A stretch of DNA of 64,000 nt from Saccostrea echinata (taxonomy: Eukaryota). The stretch covers positions 26,722,001 to 26,786,000 of the forward strand of contig NW_026889779.1 of the NCBI RefSeq assembly GCF_033153115.1, given 5' to 3'. The position numbers and the translations under genes were made by a program. The notes beneath the pieces are model-generated. The model was not told where the DNA came from and made no database searches. It worked only from the letters and a program-made list of their open reading frames with translations. How positions within the stretch are numbered: position 1 is the first letter of the stretch; each line of letters begins with the position of its first letter. This document shows positions 24,400 through 37,662 of this stretch, piece after piece.

Positions 24400-27300
24400 T
24401 CTCCAGAACAAGACAAAGTTTATCTATTGGACGCGTCAAAATGTTTGTTGCGGTCTTTACTTTAACTTGTCGTACCAGTCCAAAACAATCAGGAATAGTC
24501 TCAAAAACCACTCCCATGGGCCATGAATTGAGCGTTTGAATCCACAACTAAGACCACATCACCGACTTTCAGGTTCCTATTAAACTCATACCACTTTTGA
24601 CTTTCTTGTAGTAATGGTAAATATTCTTTCACCCATCGATTCCAAGAGATTGGCCTTATACTGAACTTGCCTCCAAGGACGTCTGCAGTAGTTGTCTGTT
24701 TTTGTAAATACATCAGGTGGTAAATTTGGATGTCTTCTCATCAACCAGAGATGATTTGGTGTCAATACCTCCAGGTCATCATAATGATCCGAACTCCTGG
24801 TTATAGGTCTGTCATTGAGAATCGACTCTGTTTCACACATGAGCGTACTGAGTCCTTCATCATCCAAAATCTGCTCTCTAAGAACACTGTTCATCACTTT
24901 TCTTACAGTCCTGATGATTCTCTCCAAAATACCTCATGATGGGAACCTGCTGGGGCATTGAATTCCCAATGTTTCTCTGTAACATTGCTTCGTGAATCGG
25001 TGATTCATTCCAGTCTTTAATTGTAATTCGCAACTCACGATCTGCTCCAACAAAGTCGGTCCAAATGTCCAACCGGATTTTCTTCACTTGACCTCTACGT
25101 GCAATGAAACGACGTAAGGAACTGATGTACGAATCTGTAGTAAAAGAGGAAGCAACTTCTAAATGCAAAGCACGACTGGCAAGACAAGTGAATATAACAC
25201 CATAACGTTTGACGTGGCTTCTCTTCAACTTCACCTCTAAAGGGCCAAAATAATCCACACCAACTCTAGTGAATGGCGGTTCATCAGGTACCAAGCGATC
25301 CTCTGGTAATTGAACCATTTTCTGCTCTCCAACTTTGGATCTTTGGCGACGACATACTACACATTTCGAAGTCAACTTCCTGATAGAGGAAGGTGCATGT
25401 ATTAACCACTACTTCTGTCTTAACATAGAAAACATATGATTTCTACCACTGTTTCAGTTCATAATGTATCTGTCTTGATATCAAAGTTAACACATGATGA
25501 TCCTTAGTTAAGATGATTGGATGTTTGGTTTCTAAGGGCATATTGGCTCTGTGCAACCGACCTCCAACGCGAATGAGTCCATCATCTAAAATAGGGTCAA
25601 GTTTTCTGATGTTGCTGCCTAGCTTCACATGATTTCCTTTTATCAGCTGGTCCATTTCTGGTACAAATAACTTTCTTTGGATGAATTTTAGAATGGCAAT
25701 TTCAGCTTCTTGCAAATCTTGTGCTCATAAACGTGTCTCAGTGGCTAGAGATTCTGGCGAGTTGTCACAGAACAGTTCATCACGAACAGTTTTTATCTTG
25801 TGTTGAATTCTGAAAAACAGTTTCTTCTTTATTTTGAGAATCCATGCAACACTTTTCTTCAACTTGTACCAAGATGAATGGTAGTTGATGAATCTTTCAA
25901 CACTATCATCATCCAAACTTGATTCACTTTTAATAACAGCCCTCACAGTAACCTTTTTGACCTCTGGATCATCATCATCAAGGATCTCGTCAGAAAGTTC
26001 TATTGGTGTTTCAAGCAAATTTTCTTCTTTTGTCAACAAAATTTCTGGTGCCATAATCCAATGTTTCCCTCGAAGTATATCATTTGCAGACAGGCCTCTT
26101 GATGCAAGATCAGCAGGGTTTAATTTGGTATTGATGTGTAGCCATTCATCCGGTATGGAGCCTTCATGAATTACTGCGAAGTCTGTTTGCAACAAAATTG
26201 TGAAATCTAGTTGCGGTGTTTCTTATGTACCGTATGACTGCCATGCTGTCCGTCCAAATCACAGTTTCGTCTATCAACACATCTAACTCAGACTTCAACA
26301 TCTTATAAGTGCGAACTGCAACGGTATCAACGGTTCATTCTAGTCGAGGAATAGTTATTTGTTTCAAAGGGGCAACACGAGACTTGCCAATAATGAATGA
26401 GCAATGCACTGCACCATCTGCACTGAGTTCTCTAGTCTCAAATACGACACAGTTCCATATCCATGTTCACTGGCATCTGCAAAATGATGTAGCTGTGTAG
26501 ATTTTATTTCTCCAAATTCCACAGGTTTAAAAACATCTTTTCACTTTAAAGTCAGAGAGTTTCTCAAGATCTGGTATCCATTCATTCCATTGTAGTGCGA
26601 GATGTTCTGGTATCCTTTCATTCCATCCTAGCTGAAGTTTACAGAGTTCTTGAAGTAAACACTTAGCTTTTAGGGTGAATGGGGCCAAAAATCCTAGGGG
26701 ATCAAATACACTGCTCAACAGGGATAAGATACCTCTCCTCGTCAAGGGTTGGTCTTTAATGTCCATCTTGAAATAGAAAATATCATTCTCTACACACCAC
26801 TGAATCCCAAGAGCTCGATCAATGGGAAGGGTGTCATTGTTCAAATCCAAGTCTTTAACTTCCTTACTCTCTCAAAAAATGGAATGCAGTTCATTACTTC
26901 TCTGCTATTGCTAATCCATTTAGAAATATGAAATCCTCCTTTCATTAGAAGATTTTGTAAGTGAAACAAAAGAGAAGTTGCATTAGACATAGTTTTCACT
27001 GATTTTAAACAGTTATCCACATAAAAGTTTTTGAGAACAGTGTTAATGACTTCAGTGTTGTAAAGTCCTCTGTAATCATGTGCTGTTTTCCTCAAAGTAT
27101 AGTTTGCACAACTTGGTGATCATGTCGCACCAAATAAGTGTACTATCATTTGATTTTCAATGACATGTTTACTCGGATTTCCGTCTTCCCACCAAAGAAA
27201 TCTAAGGAAACTTGCATCCTGGTCTGGAACTCTAACTTGATAAAACATGCCGTCAATGTCTTCCATAATCACAATTTCACCCTGTCTGAATCTAAGGAGT

Positions 27301-30300
27301 GTCCCAATCAGAGTATTTGTCAGATTCGGTCCTTGTAACAAGTGATCATTCAATGAAATTCCCTGGAATCGAGCTGCACAATCGAATACAACTCTCAGCT
27401 TCCTTTTCTTAGGATGGTATACTCCGTGATGAGGTAAGTACCACACTCGTCCATCTGCCTGATTAAGTTTCTCATCTGGCACTTTCACAGCATATCCTTC
27501 ATCAAGAATCTTTTTCATGAACGCACAGTACTCTTCATGAAAATTTTCATCACGACTAAATCGTTTCTAAAGTGACAGCAGTCTCTGTTCAACTTGTTTC
27601 CTATTATGAGGTAAACACATATTTTCTGACTTAAACGGCAGGCTAATTATGTAATGTCAATCTTCCAAATGAATCGAGTTTGACACACATGCTACGAATC
27701 TTCTATCCTCCTTTGAGGGCTCACACTTATCACATTAGTCCTTTCATTAAAATCATGATTGAACTGATCACGAATCTGTTCCTCCAAGTTGATCATGAGT
27801 TTCGCATCAACAGGATTAACAGATACAAATTCATTACTCGGAATTCCGATGAATTTCCAGTGGTCCATTTATCACCCAGCCTAGCAAAGCTTTTACGGCA
27901 AACGGTCCATTATCAATACTGGGTATTACATCCCAAGGTTCCATTGTCTTCGGCACATTGATTCCTATTAGAAGTCCAACATCTCCATCAATAAGAGGAA
28001 CTTCAATATTACTGAGATATGGATAGTTCTTAAGATCCTCTGGTGAAATCGCATCTGTCCTTGACTAAGATAAAACAGGTTGTGTAAATAAAATAAATAT
28101 TTTAACATAGATGATAAAACATTATGGAAGAATATATACATTTCAAAAATTCTCAATATGCATGACAAAAAGATTGCAGAATTCAACTACAAGCTGCTTA
28201 ATTGTCTGTTGAATACTAATGCAAGTGTAAGTAAATGGAATAAAGATGTATCGCCAATGTGTGAGCTATGCAATGTACTAGAAGATAGTGAACATCTTCT
28301 ATTTTCCTGTGCAATTACTAATTTTTTATGGCGAAAAACTAGTATATTTTTAAAATTTAATGTTTCATGGAAACGTATTTTGTTGGGATTTTACTGTGAA
28401 TTATCAGAAAAAACATGTATTTTGAATAATCTAATTTCATTTCTTTGTTTTACTATATATAAGTATAAAATGAAGAGTCGATTCAATAATGAAAGAATGT
28501 CAGAAGATAAATTGAAATCTTATGTTAAAAACTGTCTCATTTTACAAAACTCTATTGTGAGAAAATGTGGCAAAATAGGAAATAACTTATATAGTGATGT
28601 AGCAAATTGTTTGTAGAAAAAAAAAGAAAAATCTTATGTTACGCTAATTATGAGTAGATAATTGTATATCCAACACATGAGGAAAACAGTCCTCATGTGT
28701 GGTAGCTAGGGGTCCTCATTATGGACAGTGCTGGTGTTGAATAAGACCCCTTTAGCTACCCGGATTCAATACTTTTTTTTTTCTCTATATATATACATTG
28801 TATATCTTTTACATCAATTTATACGTGTTTTAAAAAAATTTGCTGAAAAAAAAAACACTTGATTAAAGAAAATGCTGTAAAAGTAGTAGAATGTTTATTA
28901 GACAGGTATGATGCATATTTTTTTTTCTCTCTCTCTGCAGAAGTATTATAATTCTGATATATCATTAAAATACTAATTGTAATGTATAATATAATCTATG
29001 CCCAATATGTTGTATGTTGCATATGTTTTTAATAAAAAAAAATAAAAATAAAAAAAAGGTTGTGTGTAGACTGGCGGAAGTTCCAACACATTCATACCAC
29101 TGATGTCACAAATTTCTAATTCAGAAATGACATAACAAGTCTTTGTATGCTGCTGTCCCATTGTTGTGAGGTTAAGGTTCATTTTCTTTCCTTCCACTTT
29201 TAACGATCTAGCAATGTTCTCCAAACAGAATGTTGCATTACTTCAGGAGTCAAGGAAAGCATAAGTTTCTACGTATTTGTCATTGAACTTTGACTTGACT
29301 CGACAGGTACAATTGGTAGTGCATGCTTACCAGCCCCTATATGAACAGAAGATGACGTATCTGACAACGGAGTTTCAATATCTTTATATTCTCTAGAAGC
29401 AGTGTTTGATTCTTCATTCTGTCTTGGATCAACGTGAAGAATGGATGGATGAGACTTGTTACAGTGAGCACATGACATCTTTTGTCGACAACTAGTTTTC
29501 AAATGTCCAGATTTTAGGCAAGCAAAACACAGTCCACTTGTTTTCAAGAATGCATATCTGTCTCTAAGAGGTAAGATAGTAATACTCAAACACATATCCA
29601 ATGAATGAGCTCCCTTACAGAATATACAATGTTTTAAAAATGTTTTCATCTGCGTAGCACTGTTATTATATTCAGATCTTGAGTCAGTTTTCACAGTAAA
29701 ATTTTTATGCGTTTCTGATTTCTTGTGGTCTTGTAAGCGTTTGTTGGCTGAACTTAGAGAAATCATCATTTCTCTTCCATACATGGGATCAGCTGCTTTT
29801 TTGGCTTCCTTTCGAACAAAGTCAACGAGATGGTGAAATTTCACAGATAGTTTCTTTTCTTTCAATTCATACACACAATTGCGCCATTTATCATGAAGGT
29901 AAAATGGTAATTTTTTGACCAACAGCTTCAAATTTTCTGAATATTCCAGCACACGACCCGCATCAATGTTTTCGACTGAATATTGACACTCTCATAGGAA
30001 TATAGCGAACTGATCTAAAGCTTTTGCACTGTCTTGTTTCACTAGAGCCCAGTCGAGAGCTTTCTTTACACATGCTTGCGCTATAATATCAGGGTCTTCA
30101 TAACGATCCTTTCACTCTTCCAGTGCTGCTTTGTAGCCACGTTCAGCATCCAAATATGAATAACCAGTCACAATCTTTTGCGCTTCACCGACAGTAAACT
30201 GTAATAAAAAGTTCAAACGTTCTTCATATGATTCAGTGTTGGAACAAATTCTAGCATTGAATTGTCTCAAAAATTTTGTGTAGTTCATAGGGTTTCCATC

Positions 30301-31126
30301 AAACTTTTGTTTGTTAGCCTTTGGTTTGTTCAATTCACGAGCTACAGTCTGTATTCCACTGGTTTATTCAGGTTTGGAATCCTGTATGGGTGTAAGCAAT
30401 GCTGGATTACAATATGTGGCACAGGTCGATGAATAATATTCGGAGTAGAGTTCTCACTTGCAACAACATTCAAAGGATCAAGATGAAAAGTTACATTTCT
30501 GTCTACATTTTCATTGATGAGAGAGTTTTCTAGTTGTTGGTCATGCAGTTCACTTCTTTCAAGTTCTTCCAGTAACTTTCGTTGTTCATCTAACGCTGAT
30601 GCTTTGGCTAACAATGCTGCTTTTCGTTGACCTTCCTTTAATTTCTCCAAGGAAATTTGAATCGAAGCTTTAGACGCATGTGACAGTCTGGATTTCATAG
30701 ATTTGACATCAAAAGATACTTGACTTGGTGAATGTTGTTTTGAATGTTTTGCGAACAACTGTTCCACAGAATCTTTCACTTTCTTAAATCTCCCATTCCT
30801 TTCCTGGAATTCTTTGTTATCATTTTCTCCGCCTTCAGAAGAAAGTTTCAAGAGATCCTGAAAACTTTCATGAGAAAACAACTGTTCATCATAAGCTTTC
30901 AGCCATTTCTTGTGGAGTTCTTTCACTTCATTCGCAATGTTGATGTAGTCAATAACTCTTGAATACTGTCACTCAAAGCTGCAAGTTTACCCTCACATGT
31001 GTGTCGATACTTAAATTTTCTCTCAAGCTGATATTCCAAGCTTTTTTCTGTAAAGGTTCGAGGTCTTGTCTCTCCTCCTGTAGCACCATCTGCCATGACG
31101 CCTCTTTCTTGGACTTCTACAGACAA
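24400..31126 (-). pseudogene. BEL/Pao gag-pol polyprotein with many frameshifts and stops
   Basis: Gag KFDGNP and triple zinc knuckle (CIFCKGAHSLDMC, CFACLKSGHLKTSC, CAHCNKSHPSILH). Protease AFLDS near 29250. RT YLPHHGV, LRVVFD, HLFGA, FYVDN. RNase H VFDPLG, NPADLASRG. Integrase GVDYFGP, LNDRPI, LTPNH, LKVGDVVLV. Confidence 0.95.
28086..29056 (+). mobile_element. 5'-truncated L1/Tx1-type LINE 3' end inserted in BEL pol
   Basis: 9-bp TSD aggttgtgt (28077-28085; 29057-29065) and a poly(A) tail after aataaa. ORF 28158-28616 carries the C-terminal zinc-binding motif CELCNVLEDSEHLLFSC. Confidence 0.88.
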
Positions 31127-31147
31127 GATCCTCTAAGTTGTAAATGT

Positions 31148-31977
31148 TGTACTACTATCATCAATTTCACAGAGAAGTTAACTCCCTTGTAAATGCACAT
31201 CCTCTATTGTTTAGTTCCAGTGACATCGATGTGATATGATTTACTGTAAATACATAAAAAACATGTATATAAGTATTTGATATTACACATAAACCACACA
31301 CTCTACTTTTACAAATTAACATTACTCTATTAAATAAATAAATGCTCCATGTTCTTTGTAAACAACATTTTTACAATAAATATTCCACATGTATCCTAGT
31401 AAATTAGCACATATGAAATTCATATTACTATCAAATCACACAATTTTAAATGAATTATCGTTACTAGAAAATGCTCAAACAAAATATATGATTATTGTAA
31501 AGTACACAGGCACAAAATAATTTCATGCAAAAATCACAGCAAATTTTTAACTTTCAGTATTATATTATAAATTTCAACCTATTATGACATAAATTTTCTA
31601 CACATATAGTCATCAGATCATTTATCTTTCATGCGAATTTTCTAACATGTCACTAAATGTTATACCTTAACAGGTGAACATTGAACACCTTTGTAAACAT
31701 ATAATTGATAACAATTATGCATGTAAAATTTTCTTATGAAACAATATACAAATAGATTTCATGTTAGCTTACCAACTTAGAAGTTTTCTCTCACGGGAAA
31801 ACTGAAGACAAACATGATAATCAGCACAGTGACTATTAAACACTGGTAAACAATTTCTAAAGTTGTAAAAAGCTCGTGCATCCGCGGAAATTGTATATTG
31901 GAACCAAATCCGGAAAAATCTAACATTCAAACCAAATCCGGAAAAATGTTTTTTATAATGTTAAATTTGCTATAACA
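31148..31977 (-). repeat. 5' LTR of the BEL/Pao element
   Basis: Direct repeat of 23381-24200 that begins TGTTATAGC on the minus strand. Confidence 0.95.
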
Positions 31978-32126
31978 CTCTGTTTGGGCAAAATGCTATG
32001 AATAAGATGTTTTCAATCAGGTGTTGGATATATAATTTCTTGAAAACACACACAATCTGAAAGGCTAAAGTAGAAAATGACTAAAATGTTCCTTCAACTG
32101 CCCAAAAGTACTTATAAAGAAACAAT

Positions 32127-32422
32127 GATCGGAAGGTCGTGTGTTCGAATCACGGCCGCGACTGTCCCAAGTCGATAAAAAATAGGTAGCAACTGTTCCT
32201 TCGCCAAGCGCTCGGTTCTTTGAAGGGAAAGTCTCGGGTCCTTCGGATGAGACCTTAAAAACCGAGGCACCGTGTGACGGTAGGCGTTGGCACGATAAAG
32301 AACCCTCACTGCTCAATAACCCTGAGTGCCGAGTAAAGGTCTTAATTTGAAGCCCTTCACCGGTATATGGTGAGTGAAAAATTCTCGAACGGGACGTTAA
32401 ACAACATACAATCAATCAATCA
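32127..32422 (+). mobile_element. tRNA-derived SINE (Deu/Nin-like core), 5'-truncated
   Basis: B-box gttcgaatc, core ggtccttcggatgagaccttaaaaaccgagg and (caat)n tail. Homologous to 51216-51567. Confidence 0.88.
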
Positions 32423-32967
32423 TAAACTACCTGATCAAAATGATTCATCTTTTTAACATTGTTTGGTAAATATCATTTGTATTTTCGGCATTTTGAAAAA
32501 TATAAGACTGTAAAGTCTTACGCATGTGTAAACAGCTTTAAAGGGTGTTAAAATCGGTGGTCGGCGGACCCTTTTTTGTTGTTTTTGTTTGGATTATTTT
32601 TCACTTTAATTTTTAAAATAGCATTTCCAGCGATGTTTTCTTAATTACCAGGCTATAAGGAAAATATACAACTATAACAACTTTATAACCTGGAGTATTC
32701 ATGTGTAAAAATTATTTAATTTGACATCACAAATGACGAAATTATTACGTTATTTGAACAAACACTATTCGTTAGACATTGTCAAAATGGTGACATGGGA
32801 TGACAATGCGGCGCACCAAATTATCATGCTGTACTGTGTTGAGAGGAGTATGACTCTTTTCCATACGGGGGTAGTCTGTATCATCCAGACGTTTGCGTTT
32901 ACCTCCACAAACGTCTGGACGCTTTCTATGAAAAAAATTTTTCCCACAAGGTGGCGTGAAATCCAAA

Positions 32968-33366
32968 ATGGCGACGCCCATGAAAACAAATGTGTACTTT
33001 ATCGTGCCTGATAAAAGTGTTTGTGTTGCCTGTACTAAAGATTCCAAACAGCGGTACTATATTAGAACAAAACAGGGATGTGGGGGCTGAGTTTGAAGAT
33101 GGTAAATAAGTTTAATGGTTTTTGTTTTGACCGCTCTGAAAATGATGGCGCCTTTCTTTGCATTGGCTGCAAGAGACTGATTGAAAGAATCCAAGACATG
33201 GTGTCGAAATCGGAGGAATTAAGCTCCTCTGTGGTGAAGGCTTCTCAAAAGTTTCAGTCCATGCACGTTTCAAAGAGAACGAGAGTAGATACACCTGGCA
33301 TTTCGGAAAAACGTCGGATAAGAACACCACAGCTGAAATCACCATATAGTATGAAATCGTTTAGCG
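32968..33366 (+). pseudogene. Probable first exon of the Academ plus-strand (transposase-side) gene, with CxxC...CxxC zinc-finger-like motifs
   Basis: MATPMKT...CVAC...LCIGCKR open reading, ending at the donor agcg|gtaagt. No downstream transposase core is visible. Confidence 0.5.
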
Positions 33367-33519
33367 GTAAGTATCTTTAAAATGGCATCATATATTATAG
33401 ATATAAAAAAAACAACACATTTTTGGAACAATAACATCTGTGAACATGTGTTAAACTGAGTTTAAATGGCAGAGGCACCATAATGCTCCATGTTATCAGG
33501 TCCGGCACAATATCTTGAT

Positions 33520-34175
33520 TAAGCTATATAGCATTTAGCTATATAGCTTTATTAAGCTATTCTGAATAGCTTGGTTTAGTTATTTTATTACACTTTTTTC
33601 TCAAATGTCTTAATTTTTCAGCATATACAAAAAGTTGCACTTTGGTTGAATGATAATATTCAACTTTGATTGTCTTTGAACTCTTCTGAATCCAAGGTAA
33701 AAATCACTCACCAAATTACATCACCTTGAGAGACTTAGTACTCAAAGTTCTAAAAGTTTTGGGGCTATTGATTAGTGACAATGCTGTTACTTCTTGATTG
33801 AAATTATAAAAAGGTCAGTTATTGTCAACAAGATAACTGATTAATAATAATAATTCAGCACAATGAGAAGCAATCATACTTATCCACGCCTCAACACACA
33901 CAGGGTAGTGAACAGTTACTCAAACAATGGAAAATCATCTTTAGCTTGAAATTATTCAAAAGCTGCAATGTTAGAACTATCTTTGATTTGGAATGCTTTT
34001 TGATAGTCCATAGTATATACATGTATATGAGTAATGAAATGCATGTACTTGCGACTTTTTGTGTATTTCTTACAAAAAACAAATTTGTGAAAAACTGCAT
34101 ATAAACCGCTGTATCAAGCTATTTTGAATAGCTTAATAACACTATATAGCTATTTCAAGCTATATAGCTTAGAGC
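33520..34175. mobile_element. MITE-like insertion with agctat-rich inverted repeats inside AcademH
   Basis: aagctatatagc...ttattaagctattctgaatagcttg mirrors caagctattttgaatagcttaataa...gctatatagctt. The true ends are uncertain. Confidence 0.55.
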
Positions 34176-34796
34176 TGAACACGACTCGTAAATAGGTATA
34201 CACCATTTTCGATACAACTAGTTATGATACAGGGATATACCGTTCGCATTCCTTAAACCTGACTGCTTTATTGTCACGGGTATCAGCGTGGAATGGCGAC
34301 ACGTGTTACAATACCTTTGTTTACATTTTATTGTGGTTATGAGTATTTGTGTTTGTTTGTATACTGCACTGACCTGTGCAACTGTTGTAAGTTTCTATGA
34401 TATTCATACTCTCCTGCATTAGAAGAAGTACACAGTTATATTTTGTCGCCAACACGTGCTGTATAGCATACGTCCGTCCATGCCGTTGACGATTGATTAC
34501 ACTGAACACTGATCAAGTCTTTATATAGGGGCCCTCAGATATAGGGAGAAATCAGTCGAATATGGTGGACAAATTTCTTTTACGAATCATGTTCAGCTTT
34601 AATGAAGAGATTGTGCTGGACCTAGTTATATGACAGACTGGTTCAACATAGATATATGTTCTCACAATTGTATTTACTCTTGTGGAGTGTTCATATAGAC
34701 ACTTTAGGGGAATTTTCTTTGCAGTGTCTATTGTCTAGGAGTAATCTGTACATTCTTTTTACATTTTCTTTACCTGTATTCTTTTTTATCTTTTCT

Positions 34797-37662
34797 TCAC
34801 CTATAAAATTTGTAGATACATGTATCACATAACAATTTTGCACGAAAGTCATACAATTTTTCTTTAATTTTCATTCTTTGCAGGTCATGTACAGTACGCA
34901 CTGGAGGCTCCTCAACCATGTCCACAGTCTTTACTAGGGATTCGTCATCTAAGTCCAGAACTGCAGCAGTGTCAGAAGGACAATTACCACATTCACAGTT
35001 GTGCTTGCAGTTATCACAGCACAAACACAGGCTGGAAACATTTGTGATTGTGGTATCTTCTGGTGTAAAATGTTCCAGTAAAAATTGATGTCTACATGAT
35101 TTTAACAGACAAAATTCTCTCGTGTGACTTTCGGTTGCAACAGTACTTATATCAGCTGGGTGATAGTATATAACAGACATGGATCGATTTCCATCCCTTC
35201 CAGCACGTTCACTTCGTTGCATGTATCCTTGAATACTGTGAGGAGCCCCCCCTCCCCCCTCAGTGGACAATAACACGTACGTCGGGTACGTTCATCCCAA
35301 TACCAAATGTAGTTGTTGCTATGACAACTCGCAATTCGCTATCAGTGTTAAAAAACGTGTCCATTATGATCGTTTTGTTTTGTTTTTTTTTTTGAGCAGT
35401 AGAATGATGAAACATGACAAAAAGACAGTTTTTTGCTGAACATGTCCCAATATAGGAGTTTTGAGAACCAAGTTGGCTCATTAGATATTGATAAATGAGT
35501 CCACAAGATTTAATGTTTCTGCAGTAAATAATACATTTTGTGGTATTCTCTTTCATTACATTAAGGTCATTACACAACCATGAAAAACATTCATTTATGC
35601 TTGCTGGAGCTTTTATACAGACATGCTTTATGTTTGGCCTATCACAACTCAAGATTACTTCAAGAAAATTCTTCATGCATAAAATTTCTGAAATTTTTTT
35701 TTCTATCAGACTGTGTGGCTGTAGCAGTTAAGGCTAACATATTAGCATTAGGAAGCAAACTTCTCAATTCTGCTAATCTAGAGTAATCTGTTCGTAACTC
35801 TGTACCCCTAGAAAAAAAAACTCTGCCAAATACAAGTCGTATTATAGATCTGTTTAGGTAAGAAAGTAGAAAGCTATAAAATGCATGATCTTTATATTAC
35901 ATGTGTATTATTATTTGTAGAATTTCCATTATTTTCATTTTCTAAAAAGTTTTACAGAAATTATTATATCAGTACTAGGCAGTTTTAGTTGTAGGTAGCA
36001 AAATATTATATCTTTTATAGGTCTAAAAATGTACCCCACTTATATATATATATACATTGTATTATTTTATGTACCATTGTTCAACACAGTGGCATTCGTC
36101 TATGACAACTGTGTGTAGCTGCTGTTGATATGGATCTGTGAGGATGAGCTCTCTCCAGGTGCCAGAGAAAAGACTTTCAGGACTCAACATTATCAAAGGA
36201 ATCTGTCCATCTTTAATCAAGCGCATGCGTTCTGTGTAATACATGTATATTGATTGTTTAAAAGATATTGAAAAGATGATGCATCTAGACAGTGTAAGAG
36301 TAGATATGTTTTTATACCCAACTGTGTATCACTGAATTATGCAGTCACGTGATGGTGTAATCACCACACAGTGTTTTTCTGATTGCATATCACCCCTGTC
36401 TGAAACTGATGATGTAGTACACAGTATACATGAAGTCCTTTGAAAAAATATGATGATTAATGGAAAAAAGTTGTATAATTTATTCCCAAGGTCCTCTTTC
36501 AGTATATTTAGCTAATTATGGAGGGGTATATTATATAATACATGTACATGTATTTACATTTGCAAATATTTTCTTTTATATAACACTATTGAAAGCTATG
36601 TGTATCTATATCTGTTTAAACACAGGTTCCTCACGTCATAAATGTTTGACATAATTTCTCAGTGACGGGTTGGTACGAGATCAAATTTACCATAAAGCCC
36701 ATCGGGCTTTATGGAATTTGATCTCGTGACCAACCCGTATTTATATCCCGATAGATGTTTCAAAATGATGCCTTATTTCTTAACTGATTAGTGCATGTAC
36801 CACAATACAACATTGTATATCATTTGTATTCTCATATCGTTCATTTACTATATTTATGTGTTACATGGCAATTTTGTTGTACATAAAATAGCCTTAATAA
36901 TGGCATTAATGTGGCAGTTGTTAATTTGATTTGAGCAGTCATGTAACCATTAACATGAAATAAAACTTTTTGTTTGTCCTATGATTTGAAAGAAATATTT
37001 TGTATTGACTTCAATTTTATTTTTTAAATGTAAGCTACAAGTTGACAGTTGATACAGATATCATAATTAAGTTACATTGATTGAAAGTTTGCATGAGGAA
37101 ATGAACTAGTAACAAACTGAAGTGGATTCGAACCATTGTCTCCATTGCATAAAGCAATAGCGCTTTCACCGCTAAGCTATTCAGTTTTATATAAGAGTTC
37201 ACATTTCCATAATGCAGGAGTGATGTACAGATAAAAAAAAGAAGAAATTGAGAAATCAAAACAAATCAGTATATGAATATATTAACAGACAAACCTTCGG
37301 TGTAGGGTTCTCCAAGATAAATGGAATCTACTCCAAGTTTCGTGATATTCTGTACCTGATCTTTCATAAGAGATACTAGCGGAGACACAAATAATACAAT
37401 ACATGACTCACTGTCTATCAATAGAGCTAAAACTGACACAACTTTGATTATCGGCCTGGTTTGCAGCACTTTCTCTATAACTCGCCACATTTTTGGCAGA
37501 ACGCTGTAAATAATGGACTTGCCATACCCTGTTGGTAGCACGGCAAAAAACATCTTTATCAACGGATAAATGCTCTAAACAGTAAATCTGTTTTTTCAAC
37601 GCAAAATCTATCTGCAACGAGTCAAGAGTTGCTTTCAATGTTTTTTCCATGGGCGCAGCCAT
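34797..37662 (-). pseudogene. RecQ-like SF2 helicase of AcademH (at least 3 exons: ~37662-37293, ~36235-36073, ~35808-34797; frameshifted)
   Basis: Motif I LPTGYGKS, Ia VSPLVSLMKDQV, SPE, motif II VIDECHCV, III ALTAT, DRPNI, IV IIYC, V ATTTFGIGMNVPDVR, VI QRSERAGRDG and RecQ Zn-binding CR...CCDNC. Confidence 0.92.
36666..36739. repeat. Near-perfect palindrome (short fold-back element) in a helicase intron
   Basis: acgggttggtacgagatcaaatttaccataaagccc-atc-gggctttatggaatttgatctcgtgaccaacccgt. Confidence 0.8.

Larger units (their letters stand above)
23381..31977 (-). mobile_element. BEL/Pao LTR retrotransposon, full length, decayed
   Basis: Two ~820-bp LTRs with TG...CA ends and a 5-bp TSD CTCTG (23376-23380; 31978-31982). 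PPT-like ttagggggctggat adjoins the 3' LTR. Domain order is gag-PR-RT-RH-IN. Confidence 0.96.

Noticed and set aside
32228-32270. Hammerhead ribozyme in the SINE core (cggatgag...)
   Set aside because: It lacks the canonical CUGANGA/GAAA core in the correct order and is better explained as the Deu/Nin-like domain.
34797-37662. Host RecQ/WRN/BLM gene
   Set aside because: It is enclosed by TIRs and a 9-bp TSD and is frameshifted, which fits the AcademH helicase.
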